Assembly (NCBI GenBank): GCA_951406725.2
Contig: OX597817.1
Location: 66,898,001 to 66,962,000 of the forward strand
DNA: 64,000 nt
DNA from: Octopus vulgaris
Taxonomy: Eukaryota
Reading direction: 5' to 3'
In this document: positions 41,138 to 54,014 of the stretch, one piece after another
Numbering within the stretch: position 1 is the stretch's first letter
How the letters are laid out: every line of letters begins with the position of its first letter
Translations under genes and position numbers: made by a program
The notes under the pieces: model-generated
The model's database searches: none
What the model was told of the DNA's origin: nothing
Seen by the model: the letters and a program-made list of their open reading frames with translations, nothing else

Positions 41138-41787
41138 GTAAGATATTTGTTTTGTATAAATGTATTTCTTGATTTTTAAACAAACATCGAAACTTTTTAA
41201 AATAGTGAATTGGGGGAAAAACATCGAAAACGTATGTATGTATGTATGTATGTATGTATGTATGTATGTATGTATGTATGTATGTATGTATGTATGTGTA
41301 TGTGTGTGTGTGTGCGCGGGCGTGTGTGTATGCATGTGCGTGTGTGGGTGGTGGTGGTGGTGGTGATGGGGGTGAGGTTGCATCTTTCTGCATATACTTG
41401 TTCCCCATCACCTGACAATCGGTGTTGATTTGTTTACGTTCCCGAAATTAGCGGTTCGACACAAGAACTGACAAAATAAGGCTTAAAATAATTACGGTGG
41501 TTGATTTACTTGACAAAACCTTTCAAGACTGAAACGTGTAAGAGAATAAAAGGAGAGTAAAATATTTGTAAAATACAAGAATGTGCGCGTGTGCGTGCTC
41601 ACGGGCCCATATTCTTCTGTGTCGGCAAAAGGCTTTTATGTGGATAAATACAATAGAAACGTCTGGAGAAACGTAAAGAGACATGGATCTTAGGTCGTGT
41701 AGTGTGATCTAAAACAAAATTGTATCTTAAAGTTAGAATATGCTTTGTCCAAACGAAGATTACTCGGAAACTTGCGCGACGCTATAT

Positions 41788-44700
41788 TGGTTTCAAATTT
41801 TGGTACAAGGCCAGGAATTTTGGAGGTGGGGCAAGTCGGTTGCATCAACTCCAGTTTTCATCTGATACCCTTTTTTTTATCGATCCCGAAGGGTTAAAAG
41901 GTAAAGCTGACCTCGGTGAAATTTGAACTCAGAACGTTAAGACGGACGGAATACCGCTAAGAAATTTGTCCGGCATGCTAACGATTCTACCAGCCCACCA
42001 CCCGGTTCATATGACACTATTTTACGTATTTAATCATTTCTAGTTTTATATTAGATTGCGTGGTCCGAGATAATAGCTTGACGCAGTATTCAGTAGTATA
42101 TTTTCATCATATACATACCTGGCCTCTTATGAAACCAGTATTAAACATCAGTCTTCGTCACATATGTTGAGACACAGACACATCTACGCTACCTAAGGCA
42201 GAGTGAATGTAGTTAAAATCAGAAGTTTAGAAAACACGCATATAAGTCTGGAAATAAATGCTGTTTATAAAGACTACCATGTACGTTAGACTGCCATGGA
42301 TATCCGTATGAATTCTTCTAAATAATAAATATTTAAAAAATATATTTTTGCTTTTTTTTTTTCGTGTTTTCAGAATTAGATTCCGATGAAAACAGTAAGT
42401 TTATATTACTTTTTACATTTGGGAGGAAGTATGATTTTTCGATTTACAAAATCTTTGTGTATAATGATGAGTTTGCTTAAATAAGTCTTTCTACAATTCT
42501 TCTTTTCTTTTACTCAACATCCTTCCTACGCCTGCTGTGAGAGGGTGGGTGTTTGAGTGGATTGGTGTCAAAAACAAGTTGCAATGTGGAGCTGTGTAAT
42601 CTGCTACTGGTGAAATGTTTACTTTTTTCTATGGTCAAGAAATATGATTTACAATATAATATAGTTACATATAATTGTGTGATTTGTAGGGCAGAGCTTC
42701 AACTGAACGTATACTGTATGATATTTTTGAGTGTTCTGAATCTTACCAAACTAATCAAGTTTAGCTTTGCTTCGAAACGTTAATTAGTGTTTTACATCAC
42801 AAAGTTGTTGCAATCGACGATGTTGTTGTAGTTAAAAAAATTATATGTGTAGTGTGAAGATTATAATTATTTGTTTTCATATATGTAGTTCGAAACTTTG
42901 CTTCATGTAGATAGTGTTTGTAATATTGTGGTGTTAAAGAGACTATGTTGCAATCTCTTTATTAGTTGATGTTTTCAATGCACTTAGATTGAATAATTAT
43001 CTCTGCTATAGACACACAAAACCTGAAATTTGGCAAAAAGGATGAGTCACTTATATCAACCTTTGTGTGTAAAGCTGGCACTTATTTATCGACCCCGAAA
43101 AGGTAAAAGACAAAGTTGACCTCAGCGAGATTTGAACTTAGAACGTAAAGGAAGAAGAATTGCCGCTAGGTATTTTGTCCGATGCGGTAACGACTCAACC
43201 AGCTTGCCGCCTTGCACTTTGATTTACTAATTCTTTCTACTATAGGCACAAATCCTGAAAATTTATGGGGAGGGGCCTAGTCGATTATATGGACTCAAGT
43301 ACGCAACTGTTATGTATTTTATCGACCTCCAAAGGATGAAAAGCAAAGTCGACCTCTGTGGAATTTGAACTCAGAACATTAGAATGAGGAACTACTACTA
43401 ACGTGCGAGCGATTCTGCAAGTTCGCCATCAGGATTTAGATTAAATAATGATTTTAGATTTTTGTATGAAGCTAGCAATTTCGGGGGATGGGGCCTAGTC
43501 AACTACATCGACCTTAGTATGCAATTGGTACTTATTTTATCGACCCAGAAAGGATGAAAGGCAAAGCCGACCTCGGCGGCATTTGATCTCAGAACTAAGC
43601 TTTTTCTTTTCAGTTTCAAATTAACAATATTCTAGTATTCAACACGACATATTGATTTTAAATTTTGGCACAAGGTCAGAAATTTGTGGGAAGGGATTAG
43701 GTCTATTACATCGATACCAGCGTTCTACTGGTTCTTATCTTATGGATCCCGAAATGTTGCAAAGCAAAATCGACCTCGGCGACATTTGAACTTAGAACGT
43801 AACATTGGAAAAAATGTTGCTAAACTTTTTCCGGCGCGAAAATGACTTTGCCAGTTTGCCTCCCTATTCTATACAATATATTAACAAACCATTAGCTTAA
43901 TATTCAAACGTTTCCTTGTGCTTTAAAATTAAAACAGAGAGCTTGTGCTTACGTATTTATTTACGGTTTGTTGTATTATAGTTACACAGATAATGCAACG
44001 TCAATAATAATTTCTGATTTAGGCACAAAACTAGCAACTTTGACGGGAGCGTTAGTCAATACCACAGTGGTATTACCACCAACTCCAATACTAGATCGGT
44101 ACTTTATTTTATCAATACCAAAAGAGAGAAATCTACAGTTGACCTCAATGGGACTTAAACACAAGATGTAAAGAGCTAGAACAAAGAGCGCAAGGCACTT
44201 TTTTCCGACTCTAATGATTTTGCCTGTCCGCCTCCTTGAATCGCAACATTAATAATCCGTTATGATCAATCAAGAGGTTGCTGACAAACTGACAACTTAT
44301 TAATCTACATTTATCAGAGACTAATCACTCCAATCTATGTATCGAACAGTCTCTTCAGTCACTATCATACAGATGAAGACAAATTAATCGGACAGGATTA
44401 AGGCGAGACTAAATGCTATAAAACATTAAGAGTAGGTTTCTAACATTGTTGCTTTAAATAATAGAAATAAGATTTTGTTAATTTCTGATAAAATAACATT
44501 TTTTAAATTCAAGAATAAAAGATAGCAATTTTAATGGCAATGAAAACTTTCTGGTAGAAAAATTAGTATAAATAAAATAGTGTATTCTATCAAATATTGC
44601 TTCAAATTCTCACATAAGGCCTGCAGTTTTAGGAGGTGGTTAGTCGATTATATCGACCTTGGTATTTAAACTGGTACTATATTTTATCGACCCCGAAATG

Positions 44701-44820
44701 ATGAAAGTGATGAAAGGATAACTTCGGCATGATCTGAACTTAGCATATAGAGAGCCGGAAGAAATGCCGATAGGCATTTTGTCCGACACGCCAACGTTGC
44801 GACCATATCGCCGCCTTTGT
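41788..44820 (-). mobile_element. Cluster of about seven family-3 SINE copies, all on the minus strand
   Basis: Repeated ttttatcgacccc.aaagg.t.aaaggcaaag.cgacctcgg...atttgaactcagaac at ~41790, 43010, 43235, 43455, 43660, 44015 and 44600. The span also contains unique sequence and exon 42374. Confidence 0.8.
42374..42394 (+). CDS. Micro-exon (21 nt): ELDSDEN
   Basis: Long poly-T acceptor ..cgtgttttcAG and donor GTAAGT. The 3' end CCGATGAAAACA and the upstream intron are homologous to exon 34432. Confidence 0.8.
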
Positions 44821-45468
44821 TGGTCAAATATTGATACCTAATCGTTCTCACATTTTTAGTAAATATTCTTATACATCTAAAAAAAAAAAATGGGGGGGCA
44901 GGGTAGCTAAAGTTCCTTTCCGAGTTATGGTCGATTACCCGGTTTCTGTGGCGTAAACATTATCCACTGGAATATATATACACCGCCGCAGGATTACTCA
45001 TTTTTGCCAGGTAGACTGGGGCAACGTGAAATGAAGTATTTTGCTTAAGAACACAACACATAGGAATCAAAACCACTATCTTACGATCATGAGTCAAACA
45101 CCTTAACAGCAAAGCCAGGCACCTCCATTAATATATAGTGTACATATACTGTTCTCTCAACAATGAAAAAATAAGTTCATATCTTGAGACTAGATCAAAA
45201 AGCTTTACTTAGAATACAGTTTATTTGGTCGTGGTTTGTGTGTGGTAATCTTTTATCAAAACCGAGGCAACTGAAAGTAAGGAAACACATCTTTCATTTG
45301 GTAGTTGCCTGCGTGTGTAATGAAGTAAATATCTGATTAACTATTATAATTAAGTCTTATATTCTGTCTGTACTACAATCTAAAGACCGCATTGGATAAA
45401 ATGGAAAATATGGACAATGTTATTCATGTACTTCATCATCAAATGACTGAAATATCATTTTACTACAG

Positions 45469-45474
45469 AGCTAA
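45469..45474 (+). CDS. Possible 6-nt micro-exon (KL)
   Basis: cattttactacAG|AGCTAA|GTAAGT, frame-preserving phase 1-1. Too short to be sure. Confidence 0.3.
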   Translation, partial: S

Positions 45475-45853
45475 GTAAGTTTATTTTCTATGGAAGTTGA
45501 GTTTGTGGATTGAATCTACCTTGCACATTGTTTATGGGAAGAGGAAAGGTAAAATATGATCACTGTTGGTTTATTATAATTCAAGTAATATAATTGAATT
45601 CAGGTAACACTAAACGCCATTTTAATTGTTCAATATTTGTTTAGTAGATACAATATATGAATTTTATAGATTTTACAGCAAACTTGTAAATCACCGTTTA
45701 CATTCATAGAAAGATACTTATCAATCCTTACAATCTTGAGTAAGTCGTCATGTTCAACTTCCTTATTTGTCATACACTAAAAATTCAAGACCAGATATTT
45801 ATGTAATACTTAGTTAAAGTATCATTATAAGAGATATACGTTATATCTTCCAG

Positions 45854-45901
45854 CTACTAAAACTATCTTGAATACAACTGACACAATTGAAGCAGCAAGC
45901 A
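45854..45901 (+). pseudogene. Donor-less older copy of the 48-nt A exon (TKTILNTTDTIEAAS)
   Basis: Acceptor atcttccAG and homology to the A exons are retained. The expected GTAAGT is replaced by TGTTGA. Confidence 0.55.
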
Positions 45902-46375
45902 TGTTGATAAACATGTACATTTCGTTGAGTGTCTTGTGTCTTGAATGTTATGTTGGTTTCACCAATGTAGTTTATTCGATCTCTGTCCCCCCCACCTCTG
46001 TGATTCTCTACGGAGAAGCACTGCAAAACAAAGACGCACCACGTGTCAGTACGACTTTACTTGACGACGTCGGTCGGCAGACTGATGCCCGAGGGTTGCA
46101 TCAAGTGGTTTCTAGCGGCGGAAGCCCGAACTACAACGGGCTTATCCAACAGTGAACACTTCCTCTTAATTTTGGTTACCTCAACGTAGCTGACAGAATC
46201 AACCATTGAATAATATTTGTACATTGTTTATGGAAGGGATAATGAAAGTAAAATACGATTAATTTCAGGCAGCACTAAACACTATCAGACCTTGATGCCA
46301 TTTCTTCCAAATCTTCATCCTAATATTCGTTATTTGATTTTGCAAGGCAAGATATAACTCATTGTTTTATTTTAT

Positions 46376-46778
46376 ACTAGCAGTATCGCCCGGCGTTGCT
46401 CGGATTTGTAAGGGAAATAACTATATAAGCATTTTTAGAGAGTTATAGCCAAAAAATAGCAAAAAAAAAAGCATTAAAAATGGAAAGAAAATGATGGTAA
46501 ATTTTTTTTAAATCGTTGACTCATCGTAGACATTTTTAGAGAGTTACTTCCCTTATATAATAGCGAAAAAATGCGTTAAAAATGGGGAAAAAATGATGGT
46601 AAATTATTTTTAAAATCGTAGACTCATCGTAGACGCGCGCTAATACCCAGAAGGGCTAGATATGAATCACGACTATAAGATACCCGCTTTTGGTTAAACT
46701 GCACCGCAAAATGTGGGAGTAGTTAGGAATCTAAGTCGTAGGAGACAGATACACAACTTCAATTTTATATATAAAGAT
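46376..46778 (+). mobile_element. Helentron-associated (HINE-like) insertion in array unit 1
   Basis: ACTAGCAGTATCGCCCGGCGTTGCTCGG ... TTTTATATATAAAGAT. Absent from the other units, which show the empty T-rich site with no clear TSD. Confidence 0.75.
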
Positions 46779-46979
46779 TTTATAGAACAAATTAGCGATA
46801 ATTTATAGCAAGAAACCTATCAGTAAATATATGTTCCTTACAATTTTGCGAAGACCATAAATACTTAAATTCTTAACTTATCTTACAATTGGAAAGTTCA
46901 GACAATATATTCATGTAGTAAATACTAAATCATTGAAATAATTATCATAATCACAAAACAATAATGTTATATGTTCCAG

Positions 46980-47027
46980 CTACTAAAACTGTATCGAATA
47001 AAACTTCCACGACTGAAGCAACAAACA
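46980..47027 (+). CDS. Array exon A1 (48 nt): TTKTVSNKTSTTEATN
   Basis: atgttccAG / GTAAGT, phase 1-1, Thr/Ser-rich with an N-K-T sequon. Confidence 0.8.
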
Positions 47028-47374
47028 GTAAGTCGATATGCATTTACCAATCATTTAAATATTTTCTATCACATTAAACAACAACTTGTAATTTGCGCCT
47101 ATTTTGAGACAAATGCCTCTTGTAAAATGGTCATACACTAGCTAACGAATACGTACTTCGAATCTGACTAGATGCTATGAAATGAAACTCTTAAGGAGAG
47201 AAAGTTGAATCATTACAGCGTGTTACCAATTTTACCACCGATTGTCCTTGAAAGGATGTTTAATATTAAATAAGCAATGATTTTCAGATTCAACCATTTA
47301 TTATCCTAGGAAGAAACATAATTAGTTATGTGTGTTTTTTTTTAATGTCTTACAATATTTCTTTCGAACTGTCG

Positions 47375-47416
47375 ATATTCGGAAATACACAAAAGATACA
47401 CGTAATGTGGCAAGGT
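47375..47416 (+). pseudogene. Array exon B1 (42 nt), acceptor-dead (CG). Equivalent copies at 49376-49417, 51366-51407 and 53703-53744
   Basis: tttctttcgaactgtCG replaces AG. The donor GTAAGT and open frame are retained. Paralogous to exon C. Confidence 0.6.
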
Positions 47417-47644
47417 GTAAGTTGATATTCATTCTAGCATTTCGGAATAAAGTCCAGTGGTTACCATTTCTACCATCCATAATCGTTAAAAAGAATGCTT
47501 AATATATTAATGTAATTAAAATAACCCCGCAGCTTCATAGATTTAACCATCTACTATACTAAACAGAAACAGTAAAATTAATAATTATTAGCTAAGTGAT
47601 TTGTGATTTTCTTTTCTGAAAAATCATATTTCTTTCGATTGTAG

Positions 47645-47686
47645 ATAATACGATAAATACAAAAGATTCTCTTGAAAAACCAACTG
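47645..47686 (+). CDS. Array exon C1 (42 nt): NNTINTKDSLEKPT
   Basis: tttctttcgattgtAG / G|GTAAGT, phase 1-1. Confidence 0.8.
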
Positions 47687-48994
47687 GTAAGTTGATATTA
47701 AGATATTCTCATCTTCATTAGTTATTATTTTAACATTGTGACTCTTTAGAAGAAGACAAGTTACATAGGTGGACGACTACAGCGAAGACAGAAATATAAT
47801 TAAAGATCGAATACATTTATTAGTCATTATCGTATCCTAGAAAGATATCTTTCATGTAGACTTTGACTTCTTTTCACAAGTCTTGCGTGAAAATTGTGAA
47901 ACGTGATCGGGAATAGATATCCTACAAAAGTTCAAATGAAGTAACTGTACAGATTCTGGTTATCGAACTGAGGAAATTGTTTAATACGGAAGACTGGAAA
48001 TGATTGGCCATAAATAGGATTTACTCTTCTAAGAACGAATGTATGGTATCCGTCATTAGTTGTTTTAGTCGTGAACTTTGCTGATCAGGAATCAACCCAG
48101 TTTAAATATTATTCGAAAACCTCATTTTCGATTGACCGGCGAGATGATGGAAATAACTGTGAATAGTAATAGTAACAGTAATTATTACCACAGTAATATA
48201 TCTATTTCATGATGTTTGACGAAAAACATTATTTTACAGCAGAAGCAGTTGTGTGAATTTTTGTATGAAAATGTATATAAACATATTCATTATGAGATAG
48301 TATTTCTTATAGATTTACGTTTTTTTTAAATCACAAAAATATATCTACTATACGATATACTAGTCCCAGACGATATACCAGTACCTCTTTAGGTCTGGTC
48401 AGTAGAAGTATCCACTGATAATCACATGCTAAACCAAACTCTGCCGTTACTGATAGAACAAACTAATGTTTGTAAAAACCACCGATGTCGCAGTTGACCG
48501 ACAACGTGAATATAAAATTCGTTATGTGCAACGGAAGCAGTATTAGTTTGAAATAGCAATCTGTGTATCACATGCCAACAGATACATAATATAAAAGATG
48601 AATTGAAACGTGACACTGAATATATTCATATTCATAATTGGTTTCATCAAAACAAGATAAACACTTTCGTTTTTACAACAACCACGTAACAATTTACAGT
48701 AATAATATTTTCATAAATAGACGAAAATCATTATCCTAATATTGATTTTTTGATTTTGCACGGCAAGATATAACTCATTGTTTTATTTTATTTTGTATAG
48801 TACAAATTAGCGATAATTTATAGCAAGAAACCTATCAGTAAATATATGTTCCTTACAATTTTGTTAAGACCATAAAATCTTAAATTCTTAATTTGTCTTA
48901 CAATTGGAAAGTTCAAACTCTATATTTACGTAGTAAATACTAAATTATTGAAATATTTATTATTAACACAAAACAATAATGTTATATGTTCCAG

Positions 48995-49042
48995 CTACTA
49001 AAACCGTCTCGAATAAAACTTTCACGACTGAAGCATCAAAAA
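48995..49042 (+). CDS. Array exon A2: ATKTVSNKTFTTEASK
   Basis: AG/GTAAGT, 48 nt, open. Confidence 0.78.
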
Positions 49043-49645
49043 GTAAGTCGATATGTATTTACGAATCATTTAAATATTTTCTATCACATTAAACAACAAC
49101 AAATGCCTTTTGTAAAATAGTCACACACCTCCTAACGAATACGTACTTCGAATCCGACTAGATGTTATGAAATGAAACTCTTGAGAAGAGAAAGTTGAAT
49201 CCTTATAGCGCTTTACCAATTTTACCACCCATTGTCTTTGAAGGGTTGTTTAATGTAAATGTAATTACATAACCTATGATTTCCAGATTCAACCATTTAT
49301 TATCCTAGACAGAAATATAATTAGTTATGTGTGTTTTTTTTTTTAATGTCTTACAATATTTCTTTCGAACTGTCGATGTTCGGAAATACACAAAAGGTAC
49401 ACGTAATGTGGCAAGGTGTAAGTTGATATTCATTCTAGCATTTCGGAATAAATCCAGTGGTTTACCATTTCTACCATCCATAATCGTTAAAAAGAATGCT
49501 TAATATATTAATGTACTTAAAATAACACCGCAGCTTCATAGATTTAACCATCTACTATACTAAACAGAAACAGTAAAATTAATAATCATTCGCTAACTGA
49601 TTTGTGATTTTCTTTTCTGAAAAATCATATTTCTTTCGATTGTAG

Positions 49646-49687
49646 ATAATAAGAAGCAAGCAAAAGACTCTCTTGAAAAACCAACTG
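49646..49687 (+). CDS. Array exon C2: NNKKQAKDSLEKPT
   Basis: AG/GTAAGT, 42 nt, open. Confidence 0.78.
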
Positions 49688-50984
49688 GTAAGTTGATATT
49701 TTTAGATATTCTCATCTTCATTAGTTATTATTGTAACATTGTGACTCTTTAGAAGGACGACTAGTGCCGACAGCGTAGACAAAAATATATTTAAAGATCG
49801 AATCTATTTATTAGTCATTATCGTATCCTAGAAAGATATCCTTCATGTAGACATTGACTTCTTTTCACAAGTCTTGCGTGAAAATTGTGAAACGTGATCG
49901 GGAATAGATATCCTACAAAAGTTCAAATGAAGTAACTGTACAGATTCTGGCTATCGAACTGACGAAATTGTTTAATACAGAAGACTGGAAATGCTTGACC
50001 GAAAATCGGATTTACTCTTCTAAGAACGAATGTATGGTATCCGTCATTAGTTGTTTTAGTCGTGAACCTTGCTGATCAGGAATCAGCCCAGTTTAAATAT
50101 TATTCGAAAACCTCATTTTCGATTGACCTGCGAGATGATGGAAATAACTGTAAGTAGTAACAGTGACAGTAATTATTACCACAGTAATATATCTATTTCA
50201 TGATGTTTGACGAAAAGCACTATATTACAGCAGAAGCAGTTGAGTAAAGTTTGTATGAAAATGGATATAAACATATTCATTCTGAGATAGTATTTCTTAT
50301 AGATTTACGCTTTTTAAAATCACAAAAATATATCAGTGCTAGACGATATACTAGTCCCAGACGATCTACCAGTACCTCTTTAGGTCTGGTCAGTAGAAGT
50401 ATCCACTGATAATCACATGCTAAACCAAGCTCTGCCGTGACTAATAGAACAAATTAATGATTGTAAAACCACCGTTGTCGCAGTTGACCGACAACGTGAA
50501 TATAAAATTCGTTATGTGCAACGGAAGCAGTATTAGTTTGAAATAGCAATCTGTGTATCACATGTCAACAGATACATAATATAAAAGATTAATTGAAAGG
50601 TGACACTGAATATCATCATATTCATAATTGGTTTCATCAGAACAAGATAAACACTTTTGTTTTTATGACAGCCACGTAACAATTTACAGTAATAATATTT
50701 TCATAAATATGCAAAAATCATCATCCTGATATTAGTTATTTGATTTTGCAAGGCAAGATATAACTCATTGTTTTATTTTATTTTTTATAGTACAAATTAG
50801 CGATAATTTATAGCAAGAAACCTATCAGTAAATATATGTTCCTTACAATTTTGTTAAGACCATAATGTCTTAAATTCTTAATTTGTCTTACAATTGGAAA
50901 GTTCAAACTCTATATTTACGTAGTAAATACTAAATTATTGAAATATTTGTTATTAACACAAAACAATAATGTTATATGTTCCAG

Positions 50985-51032
50985 CTACTAAAACCGTCTC
51001 GAATGAAACTTCCACGACTGAAGCAACAAACA
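50985..51032 (+). CDS. Array exon A3: ATKTVSNETSTTEATN
   Basis: AG/GTAAGT, 48 nt, open. Confidence 0.78.
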
Positions 51033-51636
51033 GTAAGTTGATATGTATTTACCAATCATTTAAATATTTTCTATCACATTAAACAACAACAAATGCCTTT
51101 TGTAAAATAGTCACACACCTCCTAACGAATACGTACTTCGAATCCGACTAGATGTTATGTAATAAAACACTTAAGGAGAGAAAGTTGAATCATTTCAGCA
51201 TTTTATCAATTTTACAACCCATTGTCCGTGGAAGAGTGTTTAATGTAAATGTAATTACATAACCTATGATTTTCCAGATTCAACCATTTATTATCTTAGA
51301 CAGAAATATAATTAGTTATGTGTGTTTTTTTTTTAATGTCTTTCAATATTTCTTTCGAACTGTCGATGTTCGGAAATACACAAAAGGTACACGTAAAGTG
51401 GCAAGGTGTAAGTTGATATTCATTCTAGCATTTCGGAATAAAGTCCAGTGGTTTACCATTTCTACCATCCATAACCGTTAAAAAGAATGCTTATTATATT
51501 AATGTAATTAAAATAACCCCACAGCTTCATAGATTTAACCATCTACTCTCTTAAACAGAAACAGTAAAATTAATAATTATTAGCTTAGTGATTTGTGATT
51601 TTCTTTTCTGAAAAAACATATTTCTTTCGATTGTAG

Positions 51637-51678
51637 ATAATAAGAAAAATACAAAAGATTCTCTTGAAAAACCAACTG
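51637..51678 (+). CDS. Array exon C3: NNKKNTKDSLEKPT
   Basis: AG/GTAAGT, 42 nt, open. Confidence 0.78.
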
Positions 51679-51827
51679 GTAAGTTGATATTTAGATATTC
51701 TCATCTTCATGATTTATTATTTTAACATTGTGACTCTTTAGAAGGACGACTAGTGCCGACAGCGTAGACACAAATATAATTAAAGATCGAATCCATTTAT
51801 TAGTCATTATCGTATTCTAGAACGATA

Positions 51828-52210
51828 GGCGCAGGAGTGGCTGTGTGGTAAGTAACTTGCTAACCAACCACATGGGTCCGGGTTCAGTCCCACTGCGTGG
51901 CATCTTGGGCAAGTGTTTTCTGCTATAGCCCTTGTGAGTGGATTTGGTAAACTGAAAAGAAGCCTGTCGTATATATTTATATATATATACATGTGTGTTT
52001 TGTGTGTCTGTGTTTGTCCCCCTAGCATTGCTTCACATCCGATGCTGGTGTGTTTATGTCCCCGTCACTTAGCGGTTCGGCAAAAGAGACCGATAGAATA
52101 AGTACTGGGCTTACAAAGAATAAGTCCCGGGGTCGATTTCCTCGACTAAAGGCGGTGCTCCAGCACGGCCGCAGTCAAATGACTGAAAGAAGTAAAAGAG
52201 TAAAAGAGTA
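51828..52210 (+). mobile_element. SINE family 1 inserted in array unit 3 only
   Basis: GGCGCAGGAGTGGCTGTGTGGTAAG A-box, GGTTCAGTCCC B-box and (GTAAAAGA)n tail. The other units read ctagaaagatatc uninterrupted. Confidence 0.9.
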
Positions 52211-53323
52211 TATCCTTCATGTAGACTTTTCACAAGTCTTGCGTGAAAATTGTGAAACGTGATCGGGAATAGAAATCCTACAAAAGTACAAATTAAGTAA
52301 CTATACGGATTCCGGTTATCGAACTGACGAAATCGTTGAATACAGAAGACCGGAAATGATTGGCCGTAAATATGATTTACACTTCTAAGAACGAATGTAT
52401 GGTATCCGTCGTTAGTTGTTTTAGTCGTGAACCTTGCTGATCAGGAATCAGCCCAGTTTAAATATCATTCGAAAACCTCCTTTTCGACTGACTGGTGAGA
52501 TGATGGAAATAACTGTGAGTAGTAATAGTAACAGTAATTATTACCACAGTAATATATCTATTTCATGATGTTTGACGAAAAATACTATTTTACAGCAGAA
52601 GCAGTTGAGTAAAGTTTGTATGAAAATGGATATAAACATATTCATTCTGAGATAGTATTTCTTATAGATTTACGCTTTTTAAAATCACAAAAATATATCA
52701 GTACAAGACGATATACTAGTCCCAGACGATATACCAGTACCTCTTTGGGTCTGGTCAGTAGAAGTATCCACAGATAATCACATGCTATACCAAGCTCTGC
52801 CGTTACTGATAGAACAAACAAATGATTGTAAAACCACCGATGTCGCAGTTGGCCGACAACGTGAATATAAAATTCGTTATGTACAACGGAAGCAGTATTA
52901 GTTTGAAATAGCAATCTGTGTATCACATTTCAATAGATACGTAATATAAAAGATTAATTGAAAGGTGACACTGAATATCATCATATTCATAATTGGTTTC
53001 ATCAGAACAAGATAAACACTTTCGTTTTTACAACAACCACGTAACAATATGCGAAAATCATCATCCTGATATTCGTTATTTGATTTTGCAAGCTAAGATA
53101 TAACTCATTGTTTATTTTATTTTGTATAGTACAAATTAGCGATAATTTATAGCAAGAAACCTATCAGTAAATATATGTTCCTTACAATTTTGTTAAGACC
53201 ATAAAATCTTAAATTCTTAATTTGTCTTACAATTGGAAAGTTCAAACTCTATATTTACGTAGTAAATACTAAATTATTGAAATATTTATTATTAACACAA
53301 AACAATAATGTTATATGTTCCAG

Positions 53324-53371
53324 CTACTAAAACCGTCTCGAATAAAACTTTCACGACTGAAGCATCAAAAA
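53324..53371 (+). CDS. Array exon A4: ATKTVSNKTFTTEASK
   Basis: AG/GTAAGT, 48 nt, same sequence as A2. Confidence 0.78.
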
Positions 53372-53972
53372 GTAAGTCGATATGTATTTACGAATCATTT
53401 AAATATTTTCTATCACATTAAACAACAACAAATGCCTTTTGTAAAATAGTCACACACCTCCTAACGAATACGTACTTCGAATCCGACTAGATGTTATGAA
53501 ATGAAACTCTTGAGAAGAGAAAGTTGAATCATTATAGCGTTTTACCAATTTTACAACCCATTGTCCTTGAAGGGTTGTTTAATGTAAATGTAATTACATA
53601 ACCTATGATTTCCAGATTCAACCTTTTATTATCCTAGACAGAAATATAATTAGTTATGTGTGTTTTTTTTTAATGTCTTACAATATTTCTTTCGAACTGT
53701 CGATGTTCGGAAATACACAAAAGGTACACGTAAGGTGACAAGATGTAAGTTGATATTCATTCTAGCATTTCGGAATAAATCCAGTGGTTTACCATTTCTA
53801 CCATCCATAATCGTTAAAAAGAATGCTTAATATATTAATGTACTTAAAATAACACCGCAGCTTCATAGATTTAACCATCTACTATACTAAACAGAAACAG
53901 TAAAATTAATAATCATTCGCTAAGTGATTTGTGATTTTCTTTTCTGAAAAATCATATTTCTTTCGATTGTAG

Positions 53973-54014
53973 ATAATAAGAAGCAAGCAAAAGACTCTCT
54001 TGAAAAACCAACTG
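53973..54014 (+). CDS. Array exon C4: NNKKQAKDSLEKPT
   Basis: AG/GTAAGT, 42 nt, same sequence as C2. Confidence 0.78.

Noticed and set aside
44318-44338. 21-nt in-frame candidate micro-exon (KTNHSNL)
   Set aside because: Weak donor GTATCG and no paralogy with other exons. Not distinguishable from chance.
48069-48158. 90-nt AG/GT-bounded phase-1 open segment in each array unit (VVNFADQESTQFKYY...; also 50060, 52425, 54387, 56375)
   Set aside because: In-frame TGA in copies 3 and 5, weak GTGAAT donor in copies 1 and 5, and missing from the older unit near 63130. It behaves like intron.
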